Positions 57,201-64,000 of a stretch of 64,000 bases of DNA are shown here, in pieces. A program made the translations under genes and the position numbers. The stretch comes from a virus. Each line of letters starts with the position of its first letter. Positions within the stretch are counted from its first letter, which is position 1. The notes beneath the pieces were generated by a model that ran no database searches, was not told the DNA's origin, and worked only from the letters and a program-made list of their open reading frames with translations. The stretch lies in the IMG/VR virus record IMGVR_UViG_3300008117_006248, positions 1 to 64,000 of that record; one strand, written 5' to 3'.

Positions 57201-57996
57201 ATTTAGAGTAGTCTATTATAGCCTTGCCATCTGCCGTTAAATCTGCATAATCATAAATACCAAGTGGCTCGCTTGCTCTAGAAATTCTATACTTTAAAGA
57301 AGTTTGGTTCTCTAACTGGAACGGTATTTCAAAAATTGAATTATCCTGCGGTAAAGAATATCCACTATCATTATATAAAAATTTGTATCTAGTTGTTACT
57401 TCATTTCTATAGCCCACATATCCAGAATCAATATATGAATAAGTAGCATCAGTATTATTAGTGTATAGTGAAATATTAGTATTAGCCCAGTCTTCGCCAG
57501 AAACAGTTAATAGATCATTATTTGTTGACTGAGATTTTGTTAAACCTGTAATCTCATATCTTCTATATACTTTGCCAGGAAAGTCCATATCTGGCATAAT
57601 AACATTTGGCTTTGACCCAGAAACGAATCTATCTGTTATTTCAAAATCTCTTAAGTAATTGTAACCATCAATACCTAATAGCCCTTCTGTTATAAAAAAC
57701 CTTGCTTTTGGGGCTTCTCCTTCGAAGTTGATGATAGAGAACTTTTTGCCTGTGACTGTAAATTTTGATGCGACGATGTCTTCCACCAACGGTCTTGGGA
57801 CAGAATATCCATTAGGGCTATGGTTTGGGTTTTCGAAAAACGAAATCCAAAGGCCGTAAGTATATTTAGAAAAATCTGGTGTTATTCCAGAGCCCCCGCC
57901 GCTGCCAGAAGAACCAGATGAGCCAGAAGATCCTGATGAACCTACAGCACCTAAAACTGTTGTTATAAAATTTTTATTGTCTGTTTCTACGCTCAT
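48280..57996 (-). CDS. Giant putative virion/tail protein (~3238 aa)
   Basis: Single uninterrupted ORF; GSS linkers, FN3-like segment (VDWNEVAGCGYYNIY) and repeated hhhN-x-S beta motifs; start placed at ATG 57996. Confidence 0.65.
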   Translation of the reverse strand: MSVETDNKNFITTVLGAVGSSGSSGSSGSSGSGGGSGITPDFSKYTYGLWISFFENPNHSPNGYSVPRPLVEDIVASKFTVTGKKFSIINFEGEAPKARFFITEGLLGIDGYNYLRDFEITDRFVSGSKPNVIMPDMDFPGKVYRRYEITGLTKSQSTNNDLLTVSGEDWANTNISLYTNNTDATYSYIDSGYVGYRNEVTTRYKFLYNDSGYSLPQDNSIFEIPFQLENQTSLKYRISRASEPLGIYDYADLTADGKAIIDYSKYKEEVSGVIDGQISYAFEPVTEISFTKEEFQNILDTDKIKTREIKNDSFFTGFKLSKSDNLFKFILLTTGDTEEIYKLDVQVERYNTREKPAVSGYVMSSYNLGAGAVNISLNAGGAVYPRISEDGEPFGYENVQDLIDVEQLNESEKYAQDIQIPEAGDEEDQSQLAKTIQDNFDALAKAYNDDFGEEDSRAENTEAWETRAEIDQNDQDLLTEANNEMPVYKTALPNFPLPKKIITRDFYSNYLNTGESYIVTPLSNYGLSPTFVSCGDQFGVLAYYINEDKNSTASEPVFRTVVNSTCDGYFIDATGLCKGDTALFDNNRYASDGLKIQNGSVTQIQSDGVITKNNYVNQESWLKAVNYFYTKNYVASFNVYPSLSENSYNTLFSQALRDVNERIGGPAIADGVNSFSSNTAKAPRVFVEREIYTKSYKANEAFELNQAILSGVYTPGDADLAAEEVEKLYCVQTYEPYEANSFTISKQNYYYPAQDYNEEVSFRRFLENSAASLSYQTGENFGAVSFKDQDIEVEKLFRIEYVTGNSFSYDDTSNFRAWSATAAPPSNITISNQDTKSYSYHLYGYNSSSAPLSFIKSNVQNGESATSASFSNLVVLKFIKQGLTNSVFQQEENEGDAKITKSYINTTIANNSGSLLDPSKVRINIQTYNYKVVANLENHQWTLFNQNPINNNIYGSRDSSNFSEPRFFQDDKEETKELLSTLFFFPNGSYTSKNYEGKPITTSSINALSDGLFENHIYIKEENETSKKYESNYVLETLENGYITKLRPSTEVLDGKGRFRNTRRLQITKVKYNFYTKDLVLIGDAGSPYSINFNYGWEYDLQYKLKTAPAGSSGSSGSSGPGASTGWTTMSKDVGFSKDIISAEYSAISPYYFSAEDLETPNYLSMVAFKTNLPLFLDDANYEFRIFKQEKLVVSSDSANVIKKTNFLPIKVDWNEVAGCGYYNIYQKDRNNKLTFLRSEPSGINSFSYVIPDVSQRNVDLGVYNFGANGNNYYDIVVSGIKSSVVKKKETLASEYGFEVGDSNSQQNTVTKFENVASYTPVSVSSPTYSQLLDFNNPESKTSGFKINQDYNEYYFVTDKADASLENIPSSFESYVLNTGNASCFVGGSSVNTNQYAKISNNGVITVANAASLPSSSFDLLDAEQDDDILYLSANVTVLNSSSIASKTLTLVNDSNSSINVTFGSTVSISANQTKKLLFSDDGVTKSIQTQSTYSNVTMQDSKIYHPKEGFINFNHTTGEFSSADSFANLPIYNFSKDSLVINGLSLDADSFNYVSWNGSSASKSQKTYFDGIKIYLKAKETEEDSTKLLKDDTDIILSQFSTAVGTTRDYFFLKDESINRALNIRIINGSSIEVLQRQYQDFKLTVTQKSASLVTYSIIYPSSSPFFELSNSREQLVLLKGDLVQYIDLKSLDAGLPKESFVYFVNKNSQSVFFYRNTQENIVYTLAENQIARAMLVTVGSTQVVRLDILNETLSHFYFDIDNSLISSSINILDLNFCGTQINLPPASSLQNKELFLICRNRFLPNKINKESVKDTENIISTEDNPSTLEINEIGDLAQNSICLRVTGSSSDALPILQRTSFLSRNVNGTVIDLEDNVIDRYHEDYFYIRNSQIDTFTIKDSYNRKYGYKGKIFLPTLEQSVGIQSFDSADGNNLYRIKEVNSIDFDYAPDEYVNGRLQASKPLIPDARIFSYESESGSTAKSFPNALATDQILINFAYDTVTVSVDSVTKTLKKNRLVKNSGANYVYPIYNNKEFFIAQVNSERTNTRKSGGTTFYYIIEADKADVDSIILPDISATISFVIKNVSGRPYEIKTLSGVLVHTLLPSSGNNQKLFTYTGAPYTVTTDTTDFSDSNIFGEVENVSYLPTSIALSNQAFDLEAEHPLASLWAAGFSKIDLIQDAFIDIDGDAIKLDIDYSVFDVYSSVSVSTSKIIYCYGRKAIDITQLGDKKYIVNDFYLFASYDGTKIKKEQFYLTDRVSDEFNAGAYNLKVIDTNHTDLTKFFKSQNAINGLPNVILIPITKYSSKFYLPNLDISIGGSTLASLLSGKKILFVNLVKSDSSAPNSIYNYSTAVTSNLLDVNSIALYSVSGSAWVKETSSLPQVKKVFATARNLKGISGLSTTEIVGGNEFLYLPNFNRFNVDINSFIDKSFRDFYVFNPCKYRMYIGSNNSLLGNGALTRVIRNATQNLFTASSLDLNASSVFSVTTLNYAEGRAPENLTQTVNELYPNLKFGARIKVIQNIGNSKYTYLFRYNSKNKAEEIIIKNREFGVLDLKDLTSYDANSKLFIYGSSQVNSSGNFFDSYSLKLLNAGLLGSEKFYIYNNTPYYLSIFFDFATETFCSIPPKSFIEISDSRVSFLGSYEKGIYYISKKDSSTNYLLKTDLKFFLNGIYDYVSFAGEKESDKDNKNIIITPLIKDETYASSYYYADQAIIETVVNNFRGIYITNLASMNLTNNTQSYNLLKPVYRITTAGHYLLTDNNNDLTVTAPSYGQQIFLINNCPRDIFVNILSDENRRRKVYRNSVMIVEAGPTSGVVSRYLKKAKARDEFYCIFNPNTAISTQREITLNLGIIRNEELLPILDDNQVEQKSYVKLLSKDGTSTTINLALRNYYNGKDIPTDSPSNVVGYEVGIGHETIYRFLFFDAYQSTYTLPGIQNGIKYQVSISQSFFDNINIPTDTAFTNTTELPYLKYKGKFYSDGETFVGEDVTTYEIKYPNFVRLYKVVEDIDRPFNKAEEKGEEGGADASITEEEEVAVDQLELFKAQIRNAYKSTANSIIAWIPRDQSAFWLNSDYVDDWWTISAIDNSQTITINLEGTNKTITFKRCEIKKTGLRSPIFNYNYSFFSALSPVRQMPDNRQLTIGLDANLNPTQINNIKKLLGQSQTADNTLLPQSEMEIGGLYVESLFPENTVDANYNIINNSDIEVNITISKIKSAPDIKFDDFSKSSVIKIINRK

Positions 57997-57997
57997 G

Positions 57998-60900
57998 TTA
58001 TTGTCTTCCAACCATATTTGGACTTATTGGTACTGATTGATCGCCAGAATTATCATAAGAGTCTCTCATTAGGTCTTCAAATAAATAATCTCCTATAGCA
58101 GAATCATAACCTCCAGGTATATTTATTCCACTTAAACCAGCCCTAATAATAGCTTCTACTTGTCCCGGACTCATTTCAGAACCTTTATTCACAAAACCAT
58201 TACACATTGCTCTTAAATAATATTCCATTTGTATATAATGGTCGGAATACATTATCGTGTTTTTATCGACCTTTGGGATAAGTTTTACAAAGTAAAATCT
58301 TGGATAACAACACCCAAACGGTCTTTGTTTTTGCCAAAAGTTACCATTATCCATTGAAACATCCCCATTTACGCCTCTCGGGCATTGAATGCCAGCCATT
58401 GTATGACAAAGATAATTTATTAATGCATTTTCATCTGTTCTATATGAATCAACATTAACTGCCGCAAACTTTATAAACTCTTGGATTTTGCTACTTAGTC
58501 TTCCTTTAGGAGTTCCATCTCCAGTATTTTGTAATCTATTTTCTATAATTACTTTAACGATATCTGATTTCGGGTCGTATGGATTTAGTCTAACTATTGA
58601 TTTTATTTTATATGGAGGTCTATAAATAGGACAACTAGCTGCAAAGTTTGCTGGATGATTTAAATTTCCGCGCCAGTCTCCGTACTGAGGTTTTGTATTT
58701 GCGCTTTCTATGTAGTTGTATCCAGATGGCGCTTCTACAATCAAAGGCAAATCGTTCGGCTTAGAAGACACATTAGCCAAAGCTTGCTTCACATTCCTTG
58801 ATGTGCCTCTGAATGGCTCAAGAGACTGGCTAGCCGTTAAGCATCTTGCGTTTAAAGCTCCCATTATGTCTCCATACATTGAAGGCTTCCAATAAGAGCT
58901 ATTAGACCAGTGGTATAAATTATAAGTCATGAACATGGTCCATTCGTTACTTATATTGCCAGATGGTTTTTGTTTTATTCCATCTATAATGATTTCTCCC
59001 TTATCTATTCCTTTAATTAAAGAGTCTGGTGTTATTCCATCTAACTCAAAAACTCCGATTGTGCCCGTAGAATACTCTGAAACAAAATAATAATCTCCGC
59101 CCTTGAATGTCGCGCCGTGCTTTAATATTTTCTTTTTATTATTATCTATATATATAACATGAGAATTTGTTCCCCTTAGTGAGGGTTCTAATTCTATCAC
59201 AATATAATCCTTGCCTTTGACTATTGGAATAAATGTTTCTGCTTTTGCGCCTCTTATCGATCTGTTGCCTACTTCAGTAACAGATGGCCCCATGTTTCTG
59301 AAGATATCTACGCCAGTATTTTTCATACCCATTGCGTATCTATTAAAATATAAAACAGAATCGCCATCTTCATTTACTTCATAATCCAATAAAGCTGTTC
59401 TATCAGCCATTCTTACGTTACTAGTTATGAATTTTCTAGCAGATTCATACACTGGATTAGCGCTAACATAAGCATCATTTTGATAAAGAGTTTTCTTTCT
59501 AAAGTTATACGCTACTCCATATCTTATATAATTTGTAAATACTGTTTTAGCAGTATCCGCATTAAAATGCCCTACTGGGTCCATTTGCCCAGCATCTGTT
59601 CCTGCGCCTTCTGTAGTCGCCACTCTCATCATTACATAAGCATCAGCGGCGCTTGGCTTCATTTCTAGAACATGAGCGAACTGTATTGTTATGGCAAAGT
59701 TATTTTTTGTTACTGTTTGAGTTACAATTTTCTTTCCTAAATTTATAGAACCAAAATTATTGTAAGAAGGATTAGGTATTCCATTCGAACCTCTTATCTT
59801 AAAAGAAACACTCCCTTTAACTGGATAAACAAAATAGTGTATTTTATTGAATTGATAAACTTTATAAGTGTTAGCAGAGTTTAAGGAAAGATCATTAACT
59901 ACTCCAGTTCTATTATTTAAAATATACTTATCATTAGAACTCAATGACACAGATTCGTAAATTTCATTATTAACATAAATATCAATAAACATTCCAGATA
60001 ACAGGGACTCCCCGTTCTCCGAAATACCACAAGCTATGTCAGAAGTTTGTATAAAGATAGCCGATAAACAAAATCTATTGTTAGATCCTGGAGGATTAGT
60101 ATTAAAAGCTCTTAATTCTTTGCCAGATTCATCTTGACCTTTAAATAAAAACGTATCGCTAGCATTTGTTGGTAAAAAATAATCATTTGTTGCCGTATTT
60201 TTAACTGCCAAATCAAATGAAATATTCCACAAAAAACTTCCTGGCCCTTCTGGGAAAAGTTCAGGATAGCCAAAAGAGTCATATTTTATTTTTTTATTTC
60301 CCAAGCTATCCGTCTTTATTTTACCCGAAGAATCTAGTTCATATTTTGGTCTAGAATAATTTGGGGCTAAAAGAAATTGTCTTGAAAAAAACTTTTCAAA
60401 ATCAAACCCATGAGTTATCACGGTTCTTCCTTTTATTGAATGTCTAGCTCTTTGATCTTCTGTGCCTCTGAAAAAACTTAAATAATAAAAAATAGCTTGC
60501 TCAATTTGATCTTTGGAAGCATTCTTTTTTCTGAAAATCCCGCCTTTTCCCTCTTGGTCAGGCACATAGCTAGGCGCATATCTTCCTGAAGATATTGCCT
60601 CTGTAACATATCTTAAATGCCTTCTGGCCGCAGAGCATATCCCTAAAGAAGAAAGCTGCAACTCTTTAGTTGATGGCTGCAAGGCATTTCTTGGTAAATA
60701 TTTATAATTTTGCTCAAACGCTAAACAACCTCTTTGTATTTCTGAATCGCTCCATACAATATTTAAGTTCGGATCGCCGCTTATTTTTTTAGGCATTTTG
60801 TCTGGCAGCGCTAGCTCTAAGCCGCTTAATCTAATCGGCTCAGACCAATATCCATGAACTCCATCTCTCGTATTGTCTTTAGTACCATTAGCTTGTGTTA

Positions 60901-61240
60901 CTCTTGCTGCGTTGCCAAAAATCCAAGCCATAAACGGATTGGCCACGTTTGCACCTTGAGCTTCTCCAGCTTGCGCTTCTGGCCAACCAAACTTACCATA
61001 AGTCATTTTCGGCTCTAAATTAGCATAAAATTTAAACCACTCATCTTGCGCTGGAAATTGACTATCTTGAGGATTTCTTATTCCTCTAAACATTGAAAAT
61101 GCGTAGTAAAAGATTCTCCAAGAACAATCTCCTAACCCAGATAAAATTTTCTCATTAAATGCGTCCGCCAACAGATTATGATGCTCGTAATCAGTTGATT
61201 GATTAATTTTTACTTTCTTGGCTAGTGGAAGAGATGGCAT
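57998..61240 (-). CDS. Large putative virion protein (~1080 aa)
   Basis: Long ORF coupled to its neighbours; start placed at ATG 61240. Confidence 0.55.
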   Translation of the reverse strand: MPSLPLAKKVKINQSTDYEHHNLLADAFNEKILSGLGDCSWRIFYYAFSMFRGIRNPQDSQFPAQDEWFKFYANLEPKMTYGKFGWPEAQAGEAQGANVANPFMAWIFGNAARVTQANGTKDNTRDGVHGYWSEPIRLSGLELALPDKMPKKISGDPNLNIVWSDSEIQRGCLAFEQNYKYLPRNALQPSTKELQLSSLGICSAARRHLRYVTEAISSGRYAPSYVPDQEGKGGIFRKKNASKDQIEQAIFYYLSFFRGTEDQRARHSIKGRTVITHGFDFEKFFSRQFLLAPNYSRPKYELDSSGKIKTDSLGNKKIKYDSFGYPELFPEGPGSFLWNISFDLAVKNTATNDYFLPTNASDTFLFKGQDESGKELRAFNTNPPGSNNRFCLSAIFIQTSDIACGISENGESLLSGMFIDIYVNNEIYESVSLSSNDKYILNNRTGVVNDLSLNSANTYKVYQFNKIHYFVYPVKGSVSFKIRGSNGIPNPSYNNFGSINLGKKIVTQTVTKNNFAITIQFAHVLEMKPSAADAYVMMRVATTEGAGTDAGQMDPVGHFNADTAKTVFTNYIRYGVAYNFRKKTLYQNDAYVSANPVYESARKFITSNVRMADRTALLDYEVNEDGDSVLYFNRYAMGMKNTGVDIFRNMGPSVTEVGNRSIRGAKAETFIPIVKGKDYIVIELEPSLRGTNSHVIYIDNNKKKILKHGATFKGGDYYFVSEYSTGTIGVFELDGITPDSLIKGIDKGEIIIDGIKQKPSGNISNEWTMFMTYNLYHWSNSSYWKPSMYGDIMGALNARCLTASQSLEPFRGTSRNVKQALANVSSKPNDLPLIVEAPSGYNYIESANTKPQYGDWRGNLNHPANFAASCPIYRPPYKIKSIVRLNPYDPKSDIVKVIIENRLQNTGDGTPKGRLSSKIQEFIKFAAVNVDSYRTDENALINYLCHTMAGIQCPRGVNGDVSMDNGNFWQKQRPFGCCYPRFYFVKLIPKVDKNTIMYSDHYIQMEYYLRAMCNGFVNKGSEMSPGQVEAIIRAGLSGINIPGGYDSAIGDYLFEDLMRDSYDNSGDQSVPISPNMVGRQ

Positions 61241-61242
61241 AA

Positions 61243-61812
61243 TTAACTCCAAACTCCAATTCCGCCGCCTCCGCCTCCGGATTGGGATTTTAAAGTTCTT
61301 GCGCTTATATTAGAATCTCTATAAGATAGATATTGTTTGCCTGCGCCATTTTTTGATTTAAGAGGCCCTTGACTTTGTTGCACAGAAGAATTGTTTATGT
61401 ATGGAGTCTGCGCTATTTTAACTTGAGATATTTTTTCAAAAGAAACAGAAGCGACTAACTGTTCTCCATACTCATAGTTTTTTGAAAGATTGCCTTTCTG
61501 CCCAATAAAAGTAGATGGCATGGCTACCTTAGTAAAAGTTAGCGTCTTTATAAAATTCCTATCGCTTGTTTGTATAGTAGGTCCAAAAAAATTAATTAAA
61601 TTGACTGGAACATTTAGGCATAAAATGTATCCTTTATTATAATTTATAAAATCCTCTTCAAACAATGCGGCGGCTTCTGGCCCCATTTGCGCCGTAACAA
61701 AAGCCCTTAAAGTCGCGCTAACTTTTAAACCTACCGTAGTGTTTTTATCCGATCCATTCCAAGACGCTATATAAGGATAAGCGTCTTTTGCAGCTATTGT
61801 TGATCTTCTCAT
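61243..61812 (-). CDS. Hypothetical protein
   Basis: 189-aa ORF ending in a Gly tract. Confidence 0.6.
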   Translation of the reverse strand: MRRSTIAAKDAYPYIASWNGSDKNTTVGLKVSATLRAFVTAQMGPEAAALFEEDFINYNKGYILCLNVPVNLINFFGPTIQTSDRNFIKTLTFTKVAMPSTFIGQKGNLSKNYEYGEQLVASVSFEKISQVKIAQTPYINNSSVQQSQGPLKSKNGAGKQYLSYRDSNISARTLKSQSGGGGGGIGVWS

Positions 61813-61813
61813 T

Positions 61814-63199
61814 TTATTTTACTCCTGTTATATATCTTTCTATTATATTGTTGTTTATGCCGCTAAGAGTAAGTTTTGCGACTAGTGGATTTTCGTCAAA
61901 TTGAGTGCTATAAATAACTTTAACATTTATAGACGTATCTTCTGTTATGGCAACTCCAGTTTTAACATATCCAGCGGAGCCAGAAACAAAAGAACTATCT
62001 CTATAACTTATCAAATTATTTCCTATTCCGGTAAGCAAATCAAAAAATCCAGTTACACTCTTTGTGTAAAAAGAAGTCTGCGCCGTTCCAGAAGCTATGC
62101 TTGGATTTGTATTATTTAATATTCCGGTGCCCCCAGAAAAGATTACTGTTGGTGCGGATGTATATCCAGAACCAAAATTGGTCATAGTTACATCTACTAC
62201 AGAATCATATGTTGTGCTGTCTATACCAAGAACAGCCACTCCGGAGGCCGATCCCGATGCCCCACCTCCACTAAATATAACACTCGGCGCAGACAAATAT
62301 CCATTGCCTCCACTAGCTACATTTACATCGGTTACCATTCCCATGTAACCAGTAGCTCCAGAAAAATAAGTCAAAGAAATACTTATCGGTAAACTAGCAG
62401 GCACTAGCTCTTCTCTATTAGTAGAATATCCGTAATCTAAAACTAAAGACCCCACTTTAGAAACCCCACTTTCAAATGTTGCTTCTGATATAGAACTTAA
62501 AGAATCAGACCCTTCTTGAATATTAAAAACATACTCTAAGAATGGAACATCAACCCCCGTAACAGTCAACTGACTTGTATAATCTCCAGCGCTTGTATTT
62601 AATGTATAATTTGAAATAAGTTCTCCAAGACCAGGATAGTTTTGTTGTATTAATATTTGCTGACTGCTAGAAGATTTAACTAGTCCCGTAGGAATGCTTT
62701 GAAACGAAAACGAAGATTGAGAATCAAAATCTCCTGAGAAAACTTTGATTCCGCTTAGCGAATTTGTCGTTAGCGTGCCTGTTATATAATTTCCAGTTAT
62801 AAATGTTTGAGGCGTCGTTAAAGAGAGCGTTGGTTTTTCTGAGCTAATACTTATAGAAGAATCTAACGTGCAACCAGTTAAATTAATAAAAAATCTTTCA
62901 GCGTAAAAATCTTCTTTTAGCCCAGATCTTACTATTTGATCTCCATTTATAGCGTAGTCATAAGCAGCCCCTGAAAAATTTGTAGTAATATTAACTTGAT
63001 TATCTGGGGTATAAGAGCCGCAGTATCGATTTTCATTATCAATAATTTTGCCACTTATAAAAGAGATTTTGTAAGTTTTGCTTTGACCACTAAAACCTAT
63101 GTCGCAAACGCCCGTGCAATTATCGAAAGAAAGACCAAATTCTGCTGAAAAGCGGTTCTCTCTTAAAACACTTCTGAATGTATTGCCGGAGATTATCAT
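61814..63199 (-). CDS. Putative baseplate/structural protein
   Basis: Two copies of V..V....G.GY.SAP.V.FSGG, a motif common in large-phage structural proteins. Confidence 0.65.
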   Translation of the reverse strand: MIISGNTFRSVLRENRFSAEFGLSFDNCTGVCDIGFSGQSKTYKISFISGKIIDNENRYCGSYTPDNQVNITTNFSGAAYDYAINGDQIVRSGLKEDFYAERFFINLTGCTLDSSISISSEKPTLSLTTPQTFITGNYITGTLTTNSLSGIKVFSGDFDSQSSFSFQSIPTGLVKSSSSQQILIQQNYPGLGELISNYTLNTSAGDYTSQLTVTGVDVPFLEYVFNIQEGSDSLSSISEATFESGVSKVGSLVLDYGYSTNREELVPASLPISISLTYFSGATGYMGMVTDVNVASGGNGYLSAPSVIFSGGGASGSASGVAVLGIDSTTYDSVVDVTMTNFGSGYTSAPTVIFSGGTGILNNTNPSIASGTAQTSFYTKSVTGFFDLLTGIGNNLISYRDSSFVSGSAGYVKTGVAITEDTSINVKVIYSTQFDENPLVAKLTLSGINNNIIERYITGVK

Positions 63200-63999
63200 T
63201 AGCTTAAGAAGTTAGTGTTTACTAGTTTTATATTTGGTCTATTTTTGTAGATTAAAGTTTGCAAATTTAACGGCTTGCCCGGATAGCTCTGGAAAGAGCA
63301 TTGAATAGTCAAGCCATTTTCTGCTAAAGCAATATTTAATTTCGTTAAACCGTTGTCTACTGTAAGCAAAGACTTTAGCTGATCTGAAATACTAGAACAG
63401 AACAAATCAGCAGAATAACTTACGTTGGGCTGTAATAAAGATGCGGCTTTATAATCATAAATTGATTTTATTTTTTCGTGAAAGCTTTCAAAGGTGTCGA
63501 ATTCATATCTTGGTTTTTGATTTGATCCATATCCTTGGAAATTCATAACTACAGGAGTTCCATCTCCAAAAGCGCCGCCGATTGATTGATTACTAGAGTA
63601 AGACTGCTCCGTCTCGTCTGCGTAAAGCTCTCTTACATTCGGAGTAATATTATTTACATCTAATTCTAGCGAAAACCCTTCGTTGTTCAATATTCTTAGT
63701 ATGTCATCTTTATCTTCTAGCCCGCCTCTAATAAAGTTTTTAAAAGGAGCGAAAATCTGACTAGAACTCTTGCTCTTTAAAGTAACTATATAGTTAACTT
63801 GCGATGGCAAAGTTATATATTCTGATTCTAATCTAGTAGTGTTTACCATTGTGAATGGAACTGGAGTAGGAAATCTTGTGCTTCTTACAAGTATATTGTT
63901 TAAAGCTGGAGACGCCAAAGCTAACATGCCACTAGAAGATTGCAAAGATTTGCTAATGTGAGCTGTCAAGAAAGCGTTCGATGGCATTTTTCTTGTTAT
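63199..63999 (-). CDS. Hypothetical (structural block) protein, 5'-partial
   Basis: Frame of ORF 63199-63987 remains open to the window edge. Confidence 0.55.
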   Translation of the reverse strand: MTRKMPSNAFLTAHISKSLQSSSGMLALASPALNNILVRSTRFPTPVPFTMVNTTRLESEYITLPSQVNYIVTLKSKSSSQIFAPFKNFIRGGLEDKDDILRILNNEGFSLELDVNNITPNVRELYADETEQSYSSNQSIGGAFGDGTPVVMNFQGYGSNQKPRYEFDTFESFHEKIKSIYDYKAASLLQPNVSYSADLFCSSISDQLKSLLTVDNGLTKLNIALAENGLTIQCSFQSYPGKPLNLQTLIYKNRPNIKLVNTNFLS

Positions 64000-64000
64000 A

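Noticed and set aside
42725-62348. Short plus-strand ORFs within the structural block (e.g. 42725-43048, 45080-45505, 62097-62348)
   Set aside because: Antisense shadows fully overlapping long minus-strand genes.
1-64000. Stop-codon reassignment, inteins or introns in nrdJ/recA/dnaB/dnaE
   Set aside because: Genes are full length and densely packed under code 11 with TAA, TGA and TAG all used as stops; no intein-sized insertions or splice motifs seen.

Overview
64 kb of a large, AT-rich dsDNA (Caudoviricetes-like) bacteriophage genome in standard genetic code, with no rRNA, tRNA or CRISPR array seen. Left to right: (1) 1-3.7 kb, tail-fibre module with a Gly-X-Thr/Ser collagen-like fibre broken by a 1-nt frameshift, a lectin-like protein and a fibre-assembly chaperone; (2) 3.7-13 kb, small early/accessory genes: Hsp20, dNMP kinase, HNH, dUTPase, a sigma70-family factor, a GT4 and a class II (B12) RNR; (3) 13-28 kb, a 19-gene nucleotide-sugar/glycosyltransferase island with Gmd/ColD/Fcl (colitose-type pathway), RmlC, HddA, a B12 radical SAM enzyme and a minimal TPP E1 alpha/beta pair; (4) 28-41.7 kb, replication/recombination: RecA, DnaB, DnaG, a Cas4/AddB-like nuclease, Pol III alpha split into PHP + DEDDh exonuclease + core genes, SSB and SSAP candidates, plus two more GT-fold genes; (5) 41.7-64 kb, a minus-strand block of very large putative virion proteins (up to about 3240 aa). 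The most striking unexplained element is an approx. 440-nt non-coding, densely hairpinned, GNRA-rich RNA (8031-8470). It has its own promoter and sits directly in front of the phage sigma factor. Three promoter classes can be read from the sequence (sigma70-like leaderless, sigma54-like, GTGTAAT). All product calls come from motif recognition by eye; no database searches were run.
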